This document shows positions 49,410 through 58,661 of a stretch of DNA of 64,000 bases, one piece after another (the stretch's first letter is position 1; each line of letters opens with the position of its first letter). Location of the stretch: NCBI GenBank assembly GCA_045578625.1, contig JAZNKN010000057.1, forward strand, positions 17 through 64,016, written 5' to 3'. The notes beneath the pieces are model-generated. The model was not told the origin of the DNA, made no database searches, and worked only from the letters and a program-made list of their open reading frames with translations. Made by a program: the position numbers and the translations under genes. Source of the stretch: Acutalibacteraceae bacterium (GTDB taxonomy: Bacteria > Bacillota > Clostridia > Oscillospirales > Acutalibacteraceae).

Positions 49410-49944
49410 GTAATCGGTGCAGCGCGTTGCCGACCGCGAGCGGTCGGCCGTGCTCCTCGGTGTAGGCGGCAGCGGCGCTGCCGTCGGCTACCCGCTCGGC
49501 AAATTCGTACAGCAGCCGTTTGCACGGCTCACCGGAAACGATATCCGGATACAGGATCAGCCGATACCCCTGTTTCCAGCAAAACAGCGAGGCTGCGGGC
49601 AGCTGCTCCTCGGCAAGCCCGCCGAGACTGTCACCAAACCGCAGCAGGTCGTCAGCGTCGTGTATGGTGTATACCGCCGGCTCGGCCGTGGGGAAGAGCT
49701 CCCGCCGTCGTCCGGGTGTCAACAGTAGCAGGCAGCCGTCGCTCAGCGGCAACGCCTCCACCGTCAGCCCCTGCTCGGCGCGGAACGCCAATCGCTGTTG
49801 TGCCACGTTGATCAGCTTGAGTACGGCACGCCGTGTAGCGGCGTCGCGGGCGTTCATTTGCTCGAATGCCAATCCGAAGCGCTGCATATCCGCGCGTGTC
49901 ATCCATATTTTCAGGCAGCCGCCCTTGAGCGGTTCCATTTTCAT
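49360..49944 (-). CDS. MecA-like adaptor protein
   Basis: The N-terminus M.MEPLKGGCLKIWMTRADMQRFGL resembles MecA family adaptors. The 3' end overlaps rpe by 50 nt (convergent). Confidence 0.45.
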   Translation of the reverse strand: MKMEPLKGGCLKIWMTRADMQRFGLAFEQMNARDAATRRAVLKLINVAQQRLAFRAEQGLTVEALPLSDGCLLLLTPGRRRELFPTAEPAVYTIHDADDLLRFGDSLGGLAEEQLPAASLFCWKQGYRLILYPDIVSGEPCKRLLYEFAERVADGSAAAAYTEEHGRPLAVGNALHRLLTAHGSPAPTLPDPPR

Positions 49945-50056
49945 CGTATATCCCTCCCGTAATGGGTGTTTACTATCATCATATTATGAGTACAGGCTCT
50001 TGGCAAGGAGCAAATTTTGGAGAATTTTGACCCGATGAGGAAAGGTGGTGCTTCCC

Positions 50057-51346
50057 ATGCGCATCGGCAAAGGTTTACGCTTACTGTTTCAAAAGGCCCC
50101 GGCGATCGACCGTCCCACAGCGGAATGGTCGGATATTGCCCAGGTCGTGCTGCCGTATACCTATTTTGCGGATTCGGAGGCACGTCCGTCGGTATTTTTG
50201 TACGATACGGTGCGGCGCGGTACGCCGCTGTCCGTGTCGGAGGATGTGCAAGTACCGGTGCTGTCGAGTGTTACCGGTGTGGTGAGCGGCGTCCGTGAGG
50301 TCGTACATCCGCTGTACGGCACGATGGATTGTGCGGTCATCGACTGTGTTCCCGCCGAACCGGAGCCGGAGCTGCCGGCACCGTATGTGGGCGAGCTGAG
50401 TGCGGACGAGCTGTGCGTGGCAGCCGAGGCGGCGCACATCATTGACGAACTGGACGGTGTGCCGTTGTCGCTGAAGCTGCGCGAATGGCGTGAGACCGGC
50501 TGCGACTATCTGGTGGCAGACGGTGTCCAGATCCAGCCTTATGAGTCCAGCGCTTGGGCGGTGCTGCGCGACCACGCGGAGAAGGTCGTGGAAGGTCTCG
50601 CTCTGGCGGCGCGGGCGGCCGGTACCACGCGGTATCATATTGCCGTGTGCCTGTCGGGGCAGCGTCGCCGTTCGCTGATGATGCGTGTCGGCAGACGCCA
50701 TCTGTATCAAACCGATTCTTACTATCCGGCCGGTGAGCCGATCCGCCGTTCGGTGCGCCCGCATTCGCGCACAGCGGCACCCGATGCCCGCGTTTGCCGC
50801 ATCGGTGTGCAGGCGTGTTTGGCGCTGTACCGCGCGGTATATTACCATCAAACGCACGACCGCTGCACCTTGACGGTGGCCGGTAACGCGGTACGCGAGC
50901 CGCAGAACGTGACAGTTCCCTTCGGCACGACGGTGCAGGAGGTGCTGGCGCGTTGCGGGCTGACGGAAGATCCGTCGCACCTCATTCTCGGCGAGATCAT
51001 GACCGGTGTCACCGCGGCGACGCAGGATATTCCCATCCTGCCGGGCATGACCTGCATTCTGGCGTTTACCGCCGGTGCGATCCGTACGGTACAGCCGCGC
51101 ACCTGCATCGGCTGCGGGCGCTGTGTGGAGGTCTGTCACGCCGAGCTGCTGCCGTTTGAGATCGTGCGGCGCTTCCGCAATATGCATTATGAGCGTCTCG
51201 GCGCGTTGGAGGCCTCGTCCTGCGACAACTGCGGCGCTTGTTCCTACGTCTGCCCTTGTGGTATCGATCTCGCCTCTATCATTACGGAGGCTCGCGGTAC
51301 CGACAGTGCGATATTACTGGAATTGGAGGAGGAGTTCGATGCTTAG
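50057..51346 (+). CDS. RnfC-like protein (two 4Fe-4S ferredoxin motifs retained; N-terminal cofactor motifs degenerate)
   Basis: Contains CIGCGRCVEVC and CDNCGACSYVCPCG. The N-terminal part aligns by eye to RnfC but has substituted motifs. The ATG at 50057 follows GAGGAAAGG. Confidence 0.65.
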   Translation: MRIGKGLRLLFQKAPAIDRPTAEWSDIAQVVLPYTYFADSEARPSVFLYDTVRRGTPLSVSEDVQVPVLSSVTGVVSGVREVVHPLYGTMDCAVIDCVPAEPEPELPAPYVGELSADELCVAAEAAHIIDELDGVPLSLKLREWRETGCDYLVADGVQIQPYESSAWAVLRDHAEKVVEGLALAARAAGTTRYHIAVCLSGQRRRSLMMRVGRRHLYQTDSYYPAGEPIRRSVRPHSRTAAPDARVCRIGVQACLALYRAVYYHQTHDRCTLTVAGNAVREPQNVTVPFGTTVQEVLARCGLTEDPSHLILGEIMTGVTAATQDIPILPGMTCILAFTAGAIRTVQPRTCIGCGRCVEVCHAELLPFEIVRRFRNMHYERLGALEASSCDNCGACSYVCPCGIDLASIITEARGTDSAILLELEEEFDA

Positions 51347-52322
51347 AGCTTCTGTCGCTCCCCATATCCGTGAGCCGCGTCACCCGCTGTATCAGGCAGG
51401 CGGCGTGCTGCTGTGCCTGCTTCCTTTGGTCGGCTTTTCCTGCCTGTATTACGGCCTGCGCCCGCTACTGTTGGTGCTGTCCGGCATGCTGGCTGCGGTG
51501 CTGACCGAAGCACTGTGCTGTGCGGTCGCCCACCGCCGCCTTTCCGTAGGGGACGGTACGGCTGCCGTGACCGGCGGTCTTATCGGGGCGATGTTGTCCC
51601 CGCTGACACCGCTTTGGATACCCGTGATCGGTGCGATGTTTGCCATCGGTGTTGCCAAGATGCCGTTTGGCGGTGTCGGTCGCAACATTTTCAACCCTGC
51701 GGCAGCCGGTATGGCGTTTTGCGTCATCTGCTTCGAAACGCGGCTGTTCGCGTATCCCGATCCGTCGCAGAGTGCGGCGCTGCCGCTGTTTGACACAGCC
51801 GGTGTCATTACGGCGATGTCACCCACACAGCAGCTTGCCTCCGGCGGTATTCCGGATCTGGATCTAGTCACGTTGCTCAGCGGCGATTTCCCGGGACCGA
51901 TCGCCTCTGCGGGTATTTTGATCCTGTTGGCGGCAGCGTTGTATCTGTTTGTTCGCCACTCCTCGTCGCCGTATATTCTGTTGTCCTATCTGGCAACGTG
52001 CGCCGTCATTGCCGCGCTGTTCCCCCGCACCGAGGTCGGTGCCGGTGTCAGTATCCAGTTGGAACTGTTTACCGGTCTGCTTCTGTTCTGCGGTGTGTTC
52101 TTGCTCAGCGATCCGGTCACCGCCCCGCGTTTCTGGCTGGCGCGCATCGTCTACGGTGTGATGGCGGGTATCTTGGTGATGATCCTGCGTCACCACGGCC
52201 GTTTTGAATGCTGTGAATTCTTTGCGGTACTGTTGGTGAATTCGTTTTCACCGCTGTTGGATCGTACCTGCTGGTCGCTTCTTCGTAAGCTTCGCCGTTG
52301 GAAGGAGAGGGTGCCCGCATGA
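51339..52322 (+). CDS. RnfD/NqrB-like integral membrane protein
   Basis: Begins MLRASVAPHI and contains FGGVGRNIFNPAAAG. It overlaps the rnfC-like stop; the track ORF is over-extended upstream. Confidence 0.7.
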   Translation: MLRASVAPHIREPRHPLYQAGGVLLCLLPLVGFSCLYYGLRPLLLVLSGMLAAVLTEALCCAVAHRRLSVGDGTAAVTGGLIGAMLSPLTPLWIPVIGAMFAIGVAKMPFGGVGRNIFNPAAAGMAFCVICFETRLFAYPDPSQSAALPLFDTAGVITAMSPTQQLASGGIPDLDLVTLLSGDFPGPIASAGILILLAAALYLFVRHSSSPYILLSYLATCAVIAALFPRTEVGAGVSIQLELFTGLLLFCGVFLLSDPVTAPRFWLARIVYGVMAGILVMILRHHGRFECCEFFAVLLVNSFSPLLDRTCWSLLRKLRRWKERVPA

Positions 52323-52966
52323 AAAAGATGCCTGCCGTCCGCTCCCTGCTGTCGGCGTTCTGGGATGCGTTTCTGCCGCAGAACGTCGTATTGGTGCAGG
52401 CAATGGGTCTCTGCCCGATCTTGGCGATCGGCTACGACCTGAAATACGGCGTGACTTTGGCGGTTTGCACCGCCGTGGTATTGGTACCCGCCAATCTGCT
52501 GCTGTCGCTGCTCGGCGAAAAGTTTCCGCTGTGGCTGCGTCCGCCGGTGTACGCGCTGCTGACCACGCTGCTGCTGCAAGGAGCGGCTTTCGTTCTCCAT
52601 CAGTATATCTCGGTGGATATTTACGCGGCGCTGTACCTGTTTTTACCGTTGATGGCGGTCAACTCGCTGTTCACGGTGCGCGCCTCCGTCGTACAGTCGG
52701 GGAACACCCATCCGTTGCTGTCGCTCGCGGATTCGCTGGGTGCCGCGTTGGGCTTTGCACTGGTACTGTGTATGGCTTCCGCACTGCGTGAGATCGCCAT
52801 TTACGGAACCATCTGGGATATTCCTTTGGGTCATTCCGCACGGTTTACCGAAGCGGAGCATCCGTTTATCGGTTACGTGCTGCTCGGCTTTATGGCGGCT
52901 ACCCTACAGTGGGGTCGTCAGTTTGTACGCCGCCTCTCTGCCCGAAAGGAGGAGATGCCGCTATGA
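52319..52966 (+). CDS. RnfE/NqrD-like integral membrane protein
   Basis: Contains QAMGLCPILAIG and LFLPLMAVNSLF (Ser where canonical proteins have Cys). ATGA overlap with the previous gene. Confidence 0.7.
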   Translation: MKKMPAVRSLLSAFWDAFLPQNVVLVQAMGLCPILAIGYDLKYGVTLAVCTAVVLVPANLLLSLLGEKFPLWLRPPVYALLTTLLLQGAAFVLHQYISVDIYAALYLFLPLMAVNSLFTVRASVVQSGNTHPLLSLADSLGAALGFALVLCMASALREIAIYGTIWDIPLGHSARFTEAEHPFIGYVLLGFMAATLQWGRQFVRRLSARKEEMPL

Positions 52967-53559
52967 CCGTACTTCGTGATATACTGGTCTATCTGCTCGT
53001 CACCGCGACGATGCAGAATCTGGTGTTGACCGCCGGTTTCGGATCGTCCTCTTTGGCACGGATGGTGCGCCGTCCGCGCTACCGTCAGGCATATACGAGG
53101 CTGCTGCTGGTGTACACCGTGGTGACGACCGCGCTGTTTTATCCGTTGGATCAACTGCTGCCCTTTGATTGGCGGTTCCGTATGCTGCGTCCGCTCATCG
53201 TGATCGTATTGGCGGTATTGCTGTACGTGGGTACCGTTCTGGTCGCGATCCGCCGCTTCCCGATCTGGTATCGGCGTATGCGGCGGCTGCTGCCATTGGC
53301 AGTGTTCAACAACGTCGTGGTGGGTGCGGCGCTTGTTACCAACTATCAGCTGTCGGTATCCTTCTTTCCGGCACTGGGTATTGCCGCCGGTGCGGCTTTG
53401 GGCTTCACGCTGCTGTCGTCGCTCAGCGCGGAGGCGTTGGAGCGTATGGACAATCCGGATACGCCCGCCGCGTTTCGCGGCCTGCCCGGTACGTTGGTGT
53501 ATCTGGGACTGCTGGCACTAGCACTGATGGGCTTCGATTCGGTGCTGAATTTGGTTTGA
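52963..53559 (+). CDS. RnfA/NqrE-like integral membrane protein
   Basis: Contains QNLVLTAGFGSSSL and LPLAVFNNVVVG (both canonical Cys positions substituted), plus PAAFRGLPGTLVYLGLLALALMGF. ATGA overlap with the previous gene. Confidence 0.7.
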   Translation: MTVLRDILVYLLVTATMQNLVLTAGFGSSSLARMVRRPRYRQAYTRLLLVYTVVTTALFYPLDQLLPFDWRFRMLRPLIVIVLAVLLYVGTVLVAIRRFPIWYRRMRRLLPLAVFNNVVVGAALVTNYQLSVSFFPALGIAAGAALGFTLLSSLSAEALERMDNPDTPAAFRGLPGTLVYLGLLALALMGFDSVLNLV

Positions 53560-53657
53560 TGGTAGTTGTTTTTATGCCGTTGAGGGGGATGCACTGTCAT
53601 ACGCTATGATAAGAGACAGTGTTCTATGGTAATTTTGGGAACGCGAGAGGAGTATCT

Positions 53658-54341
53658 ATGAAACAGCGGCTTTTTTACAGAGAATGGGCATACCTTTCGG
53701 GTGTCATTACCATGGCGTTCGGCGCGGCGTTTATGGAGCACGCGGGCTTCGGTCTGTCGATGGTGATCGCTCCGGCGTATCTGCTGCATTGCGCCTTGGC
53801 GCCGTTACTGCCGTGGTTTTCCTTCGGCGTGGCGGAGATGGCATTCCAAGCACTGCTGATCCTGCTGCTGTGTCTGATCCTGCGTCGCTTCCGTGTTTCC
53901 TTCTTGTTTTCGTTCGTCACCTCGGTGATCTACGGCTTCTGCCTGGATGGGGCGATCCTGTTGGTGACACCCATTCCGCATACTATCGCTCTGCGCTTGC
54001 TGCTGTACGTCGGCGGTATGGTCATTACCTCGGCGGGTGTCGCGTTTTTTTGTCGGACCTACATCGCTCCGGAGGCATACGAGTTGTTTGTGGAGAAGGT
54101 TTCCGAGCGGTTTCACAAGCCGTTCCATCACTGCAAGACCGTGTATGATTGTTGCAGCTGCCTACTCAGCGTGATCCTGTCCTTCGTCTTGTTTGGCTGG
54201 GGGCAGTTCGTGGGCGTTAGTTGGGGTACGGTGGTATGCGCACTGATCAACGGTACGCTCATCGGCCTGTTTGAAAAGCTGTACGACCGTCTGTGGCGCT
54301 TTGAGGATCGTTTCCCGAAGTTCCACCGCATTATGCCTTGA
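53658..54341 (+). CDS. YczE/YitT-like membrane protein (DUF6198-like)
   Basis: 227-aa polytopic protein, SD GAGAGGAG. The family call is from memory. Confidence 0.5.
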   Translation: MKQRLFYREWAYLSGVITMAFGAAFMEHAGFGLSMVIAPAYLLHCALAPLLPWFSFGVAEMAFQALLILLLCLILRRFRVSFLFSFVTSVIYGFCLDGAILLVTPIPHTIALRLLLYVGGMVITSAGVAFFCRTYIAPEAYELFVEKVSERFHKPFHHCKTVYDCCSCLLSVILSFVLFGWGQFVGVSWGTVVCALINGTLIGLFEKLYDRLWRFEDRFPKFHRIMP

Positions 54342-54396
54342 CCGAATATAACAAAAAGCACACTCACGTGACGTGAGTGTGCTTTTTTCATGCGGT

Positions 54397-55542
54397 TTAT
54401 GCGAACCACTGGCGGATCTCCTCTGCAGAGGCACGGTAGGTGCCGGAAGCAAACGGCGGACGACCGCCGCCCTTACCTTGCAGCGCTTCATTTGCGGCCT
54501 TTACCAAAGCAGAGAACTTCTCTCGGTTGCTGTACAGCGTGTAGCGATACCCATCGGTGTCGTTGCCGTTCAACACGACGCAGACACCGCCGCAGCGTTC
54601 GGCAGTGACCTCCGCCAGATGGCGCGCCGCGTCCACGGGGAGCGCACTGATAAGCACGGAGGGACTGTCGGTCATCGGCTGCGATGCGGCAAGCTCCTCG
54701 GCAACGGTGAGCAACAGCCGCTCGGTCTGCCATTTCGCGGTATCCACCGCCGCGACGTAGCCGTCAAATGCGGCGATCCCTTTTTCCTGCACGGTGGACA
54801 GCGCCGCCGTGATATGCGAGGTCAGCGCCTGCTTTTGCTGATAGTCGCGCACCGCGGTCGCGCCGCACATCAGCTGCAGCCGTACGCCGCCCTTGTAGTG
54901 CTTGGCGTCCGTGATCTTGAGCATCCCGATCTCGCCGGTGCGCGCCACGTGCGGCGCACAGCAGGCGCACACGTCCACGCCGTCCACCACCACGATTCGC
55001 ACCGCTCCGTCGATCTCCTTTTTACTGCGGTACGGCAGCGTCGCCAACTCCTCGGGGGAGGGGTAAGAGGCGGTGATGGCGCGATTTTGGCAGATCACGG
55101 CGTTGGCCTTAAGCTCCAGCTCGTCCAACTGCTGTCGCGACAGCACGCCGTCGTAATCAATGGTTACCAGCTCGTCGCCCAGGTGGAAGCCGACGTTGTG
55201 CAGACCGTATTGGCGGGTCACCAATCCGGACAGGACGTGCTCGCCGGAGTGGTGCTGCATCCGATACCACCGTTGCTCCCAATCGATCTGTCCCTGCACC
55301 GTTTCGCCCACGGTCAGGGGACGGTCGGTGAGATGCCAGATGGTGTCGGTCTCTACCGTATGCTTTACCTGTGTGTCGCCTAATATACCGGCGTCGCCCT
55401 TTTGACCGCCGCCCTCGGGGCAGAAGGCGGTCTGATCCAAGGCGACCGCAAACCCATCCCCCTGCGGACGGCAGGCGGTAACGGTGGCAGTGAATTCACA
55501 CAGATAGCTATTCTCGTCAAACAAGCGGCGCGTTGCGCTCAT
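54397..55542 (-). CDS. alaX: Alanyl-tRNA editing protein (AlaX-L type)
   Basis: Contains HHSGEH and CCAPH zinc motifs of the AlaRS editing (tRNA_SAD) domain. Starts at MSATRRLF after AAGGAGG; the longer track ORF is an artefact. Confidence 0.8.
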   Translation of the reverse strand: MSATRRLFDENSYLCEFTATVTACRPQGDGFAVALDQTAFCPEGGGQKGDAGILGDTQVKHTVETDTIWHLTDRPLTVGETVQGQIDWEQRWYRMQHHSGEHVLSGLVTRQYGLHNVGFHLGDELVTIDYDGVLSRQQLDELELKANAVICQNRAITASYPSPEELATLPYRSKKEIDGAVRIVVVDGVDVCACCAPHVARTGEIGMLKITDAKHYKGGVRLQLMCGATAVRDYQQKQALTSHITAALSTVQEKGIAAFDGYVAAVDTAKWQTERLLLTVAEELAASQPMTDSPSVLISALPVDAARHLAEVTAERCGGVCVVLNGNDTDGYRYTLYSNREKFSALVKAANEALQGKGGGRPPFASGTYRASAEEIRQWFA

Positions 55543-55660
55543 AGGATGAACCTCCTTGTGCCGTGCTACGGTTGTCATTATACGGTGTTTGAAAGCAAAT
55601 AGCAAGTGTCGCAATAAAAAAAGGCTTCCCGGCCTGACCGGGAAGCCTTTGGGTTGTTTA

Positions 55661-57241
55661 TCAGGCCTCTTCCACGTTGCCGCAGCGTACCGCTTCGAAG
55701 TCCTCCTCGATCTCCTGGGACGGAGCCTTCGTGAGCAGCGAGACGACGATGATGCAGACGGTGGAGAAGATGAAGGCGGGCAGCAGCTCGTAGATGCCGA
55801 ACACGCCGCCGAGCGGCTTAATGACCAGCTTCCACAGGAACACCATGCCAGCACCGCCGACCATACCGGCGATCGCACCGGCACGGTTGATGCGTTTCCA
55901 GAACAGCGAGAGGATCATCGACGGGCCGAAGGTGGCGCCGAAGCCGGCCCATGCAAAGGACACGATGCTGAAGATAACGCTGTTTTCATCCAATGCGATC
56001 ACGATGCCGATGAGCGCCAGCACCAACAGGGTGATACGCGAAACGATCATAACCTGCTTGTCGGTGGCGTTCTTTTTGCAGATGCCCTGGAAAATGTTCT
56101 TGGAGAATGCGGAGGCGGCGATCAGCAGATACGAGTCAGACGAGCTGATGGTTGCAGCCAGAATACCCGCCATCACGAAGCCGGCAACGATTGCCGGAAG
56201 CGTGCTGGTGGACAGCGTGATAAAGATGTTCTCCGCGCTGGAAGCGGTGAGGTGCTTTACGGGGAACAGCTGACGGCCGATGATACCGATGAACACGGCA
56301 ACGGCCAGCGAAACGACGACCCACACCATCGCAATGCGGCGGGAACGCTTCAGCTCGCTTTCCTTACGGATCGCCATAAAGCGCAGCAGCACCTGCGGCA
56401 TACCGAAGTAGCCGAGACCCCATGCCAGCATCGAGCAGACGGACAGAACGCCGTACTCGGAAGCAGCGCCGAACACCGGCTGGCCGTTTGCCACGACCTG
56501 CGTCGCCACACCGTCGACCTCCACGGTCGTGGGGGTGGCCAGACCGAAGAACTCTAAGAAGCCGGGGATGTTGTTGGCGTTGTCGATGACAGCGCCGATA
56601 CCGCCGGCGTTGATGGTGCTGATGATCACGATAACGGTCAGCGCAATGATCATCACGATGGCCTGCATAAAGTCGGACACGCTTTCGGCAAGGAAGCCGC
56701 CGAGCAGCGTATACAGCAGCACGAACGCCGCGCCGATGAGCATCATCAGGCGATAATCCAGACCGAACAGGGTGGAGAAGAGCTTGCCGCAGGTCACAAA
56801 ACAGCTCGCGGCATACACGGTGAAGTAGACCAGAATAAACGCGGCGGCGATGAACATGATGGTCTTTTTCTTCTCACGGAAGCGGTTGGAGAAAAACTCC
56901 GGCAGGGTGATGGAGTTGTTGGCACGTACACTGTACCGGCGCAGACGCTTGGAGACGATGAGCCAGTTTAAGTAAGTACCGATCGCCAGACCGATGGCGG
57001 TCCAGGCGGCATCCGCGAGGCCGCACCAGTAGGCGACGCCCGGCAGACCCATCAGCAGCCAGCCGCTCATATCCGAAGCCTCCGCGCTCATTGCGGTGAC
57101 CCACGGGCCGAGCGAACGGCCGCCGAGGAAATATTCCTCCGAGTTTTTGTTGGCGCGTTTGGCATACAACACACCGATCACGATCACGATTGCCATGTAA
57201 ATGGCCATAGCAATCAGGATCTGCACAGTTTTCCAAGGCAT
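55661..57241 (-). CDS. putP: Sodium:proline (SSS family) symporter
   Basis: 526-aa polytopic protein. Begins MPWKTVQILIAMAIYM and contains GGRSLGPWVTAMSAEASDMSGWLLMGLPG. Confidence 0.85.
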   Translation of the reverse strand: MPWKTVQILIAMAIYMAIVIVIGVLYAKRANKNSEEYFLGGRSLGPWVTAMSAEASDMSGWLLMGLPGVAYWCGLADAAWTAIGLAIGTYLNWLIVSKRLRRYSVRANNSITLPEFFSNRFREKKKTIMFIAAAFILVYFTVYAASCFVTCGKLFSTLFGLDYRLMMLIGAAFVLLYTLLGGFLAESVSDFMQAIVMIIALTVIVIISTINAGGIGAVIDNANNIPGFLEFFGLATPTTVEVDGVATQVVANGQPVFGAASEYGVLSVCSMLAWGLGYFGMPQVLLRFMAIRKESELKRSRRIAMVWVVVSLAVAVFIGIIGRQLFPVKHLTASSAENIFITLSTSTLPAIVAGFVMAGILAATISSSDSYLLIAASAFSKNIFQGICKKNATDKQVMIVSRITLLVLALIGIVIALDENSVIFSIVSFAWAGFGATFGPSMILSLFWKRINRAGAIAGMVGGAGMVFLWKLVIKPLGGVFGIYELLPAFIFSTVCIIVVSLLTKAPSQEIEEDFEAVRCGNVEEA

Positions 57242-57395
57242 ACAATACCCTCCTATATCCGGGACAAATTCCCAAAAGATAGCTTTATCATATCAAAAAA
57301 CCACAGACATTGCAACAAAAAGATAAAAATCTTTTCGAGTGACGATGTAGTGAAGTTTGGCTGATTGAATTGTACTGTAAAATTCTGTGATTTGC

Positions 57396-57536
57396 AATGA
57401 AATCGCGCAAGGCGCGATGAAATCCTCACTCTGTTCGGATGAAATCTGCATCACGCACGCAGCGCGCATCATGTTTCGTAAGGACCGCATCACTCAAAAA
57501 AGTCCCTTTTGTCGGTAGACAAAAGCGACTTTTTTG
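57396..57536. repeat. Hairpin-array repeat element, copy B left module (ends in a 19-bp-stem hairpin)
   Basis: Three (G/A)ATGAAAT words with palindromes (atcgcgc-aag-gcgcgat). Then gcatcactcaaaaaagtc…tttgtc-ggta-gacaaa, homologous to 13914-13956. The hairpin at 57495-57536 can terminate the GNAT cassette. Confidence 0.7.
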
Positions 57537-57614
57537 TTGCGAAAGACTGCCCAAAAGTAGTGTAAATTGGGGTAAGAAAGACGAAAAGTAATGTGATGTG
57601 ACATCTGTTATTTT

Positions 57615-58043
57615 TTACAAAACATATGTAACAAAAGAACCTGCAATGGAACCATCCGGCATTTTGGTTGGACTAATCGAGAACTTATTTTTTAACCAAA
57701 GACGATGAGAAGGTACATTCCCTATATCGCAGTAGGCGCGAACTTGATAAACATCTTCTTGTTTAGCCGTTTTAATAATTTCATTCAGCATTTTGGATGC
57801 AATACCCTGACACCTCAAATTTGTATAGATAACTTCGATTATATTTATGAAAATTTCACTTTGCTCAACAGGCGCAGGAATATCTCGTTTAAAAGCCCAA
57901 AGATAACCAACTATTGTATCTTCAATTTCGGCTATAACAAAGAATCCTCCATCATGAATGACATTCTGAATATTCGGATAATCATTTAAAAGTTTTTCTT
58001 TTTCTGATTCTGTTCCAAATCGAATAACTACTTTTTCAGGCAT
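57615..58043 (-). CDS. GNAT family N-acetyltransferase
   Basis: 142 aa from MPEKVVIRF, with acetyl-CoA motif A RCQGIASKML. The gene is AT-rich, and its start overlaps the upstream gene's stop by 8 nt. Confidence 0.75.
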   Translation of the reverse strand: MPEKVVIRFGTESEKEKLLNDYPNIQNVIHDGGFFVIAEIEDTIVGYLWAFKRDIPAPVEQSEIFINIIEVIYTNLRCQGIASKMLNEIIKTAKQEDVYQVRAYCDIGNVPSHRLWLKNKFSISPTKMPDGSIAGSFVTYVL

Positions 58044-58392
58044 TACTATTTTCATTCTCCTTTGCAGTGTTAATAGATGCAATTAAGATACGGCGAATTG
58101 TACCGCACTGATTATAAAGGTCAACAGCGGTTTCTCTGTTCAAGATATCGGATTTCACAAACAGTTCCAGCCAATACTCTGTTTCGTAACATTCCTTCAA
58201 AGCGATCTGCAATTTCGCAATAAAGTCGAGTTTCCCGTGGGCATAGTTAGCTTCGTGAACATTGGCGCCGATGGATGTTGCGCTACGCTCCAGTTGATTA
58301 ACTAAAGAGTAGTGTCCTTTAATGGTCTCGCAGAGTTTGATTATCTTAACAGCAAAGCCTGTTGAAAGTTCCCGAAGTTTTGACTCAGCCAT
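58036..58392 (-). CDS. Four-helix-bundle protein (23S rRNA intervening-sequence protein family)
   Basis: 118 aa from MAESKLRELS, with SIGANVHEA, KL.IALKE..ET.YWLEL typical of this family. The gene is AT-rich. Confidence 0.75.
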   Translation of the reverse strand: MAESKLRELSTGFAVKIIKLCETIKGHYSLVNQLERSATSIGANVHEANYAHGKLDFIAKLQIALKECYETEYWLELFVKSDILNRETAVDLYNQCGTIRRILIASINTAKENENSNA

Positions 58393-58440
58393 ATAAATAC
58401 CGCCTTTCTTATCACAATTATACCATATCAATTAGAACAC

Positions 58441-58616
58441 TTAAAGTGAAATATCCTGCGGATGTGAAATAATGACCTGCGGTCATTGTGAAATATTCGG
58501 TGTGCCACCGAATGTGAAATGAAATAAATCCACCCACGCCCGCAGGCATTTCACATTGCGAAGCAATATTTCACGCGCGCAGCGTATTTCACAAATCCCG
58601 AAGGGGATTTATTTCG
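58441..58616. repeat. Hairpin-array repeat element, copy B right module
   Basis: GTGAAAT at 58446, 58464, 58488 and 58514, and ATTTCAC at 58548, 58568 and 58586 (plus ATTTCG at 58611). Each word is followed by a palindrome (atcc-tgc-ggat, aatgacc-tgc-ggtcatt, attcggtg-tgc-caccgaat, attgc-gaa-gcaat, aaatccc-gaa-ggggattt). Confidence 0.85.
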
Positions 58617-58620
58617 TTGA

Positions 58621-58661
58621 AAAGAACCACCATTTGTTCGGTAGACAAATGGTGGTTCTTT
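58621..58661 (-). terminator. Stem-loop terminator directly after tRNA-Leu
   Basis: 17-bp stem aaagaaccaccatttgt/acaaatggtggttcttt with loop tcggtag. Same design and loop core as the tRNA-Gly terminator. Confidence 0.75.
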
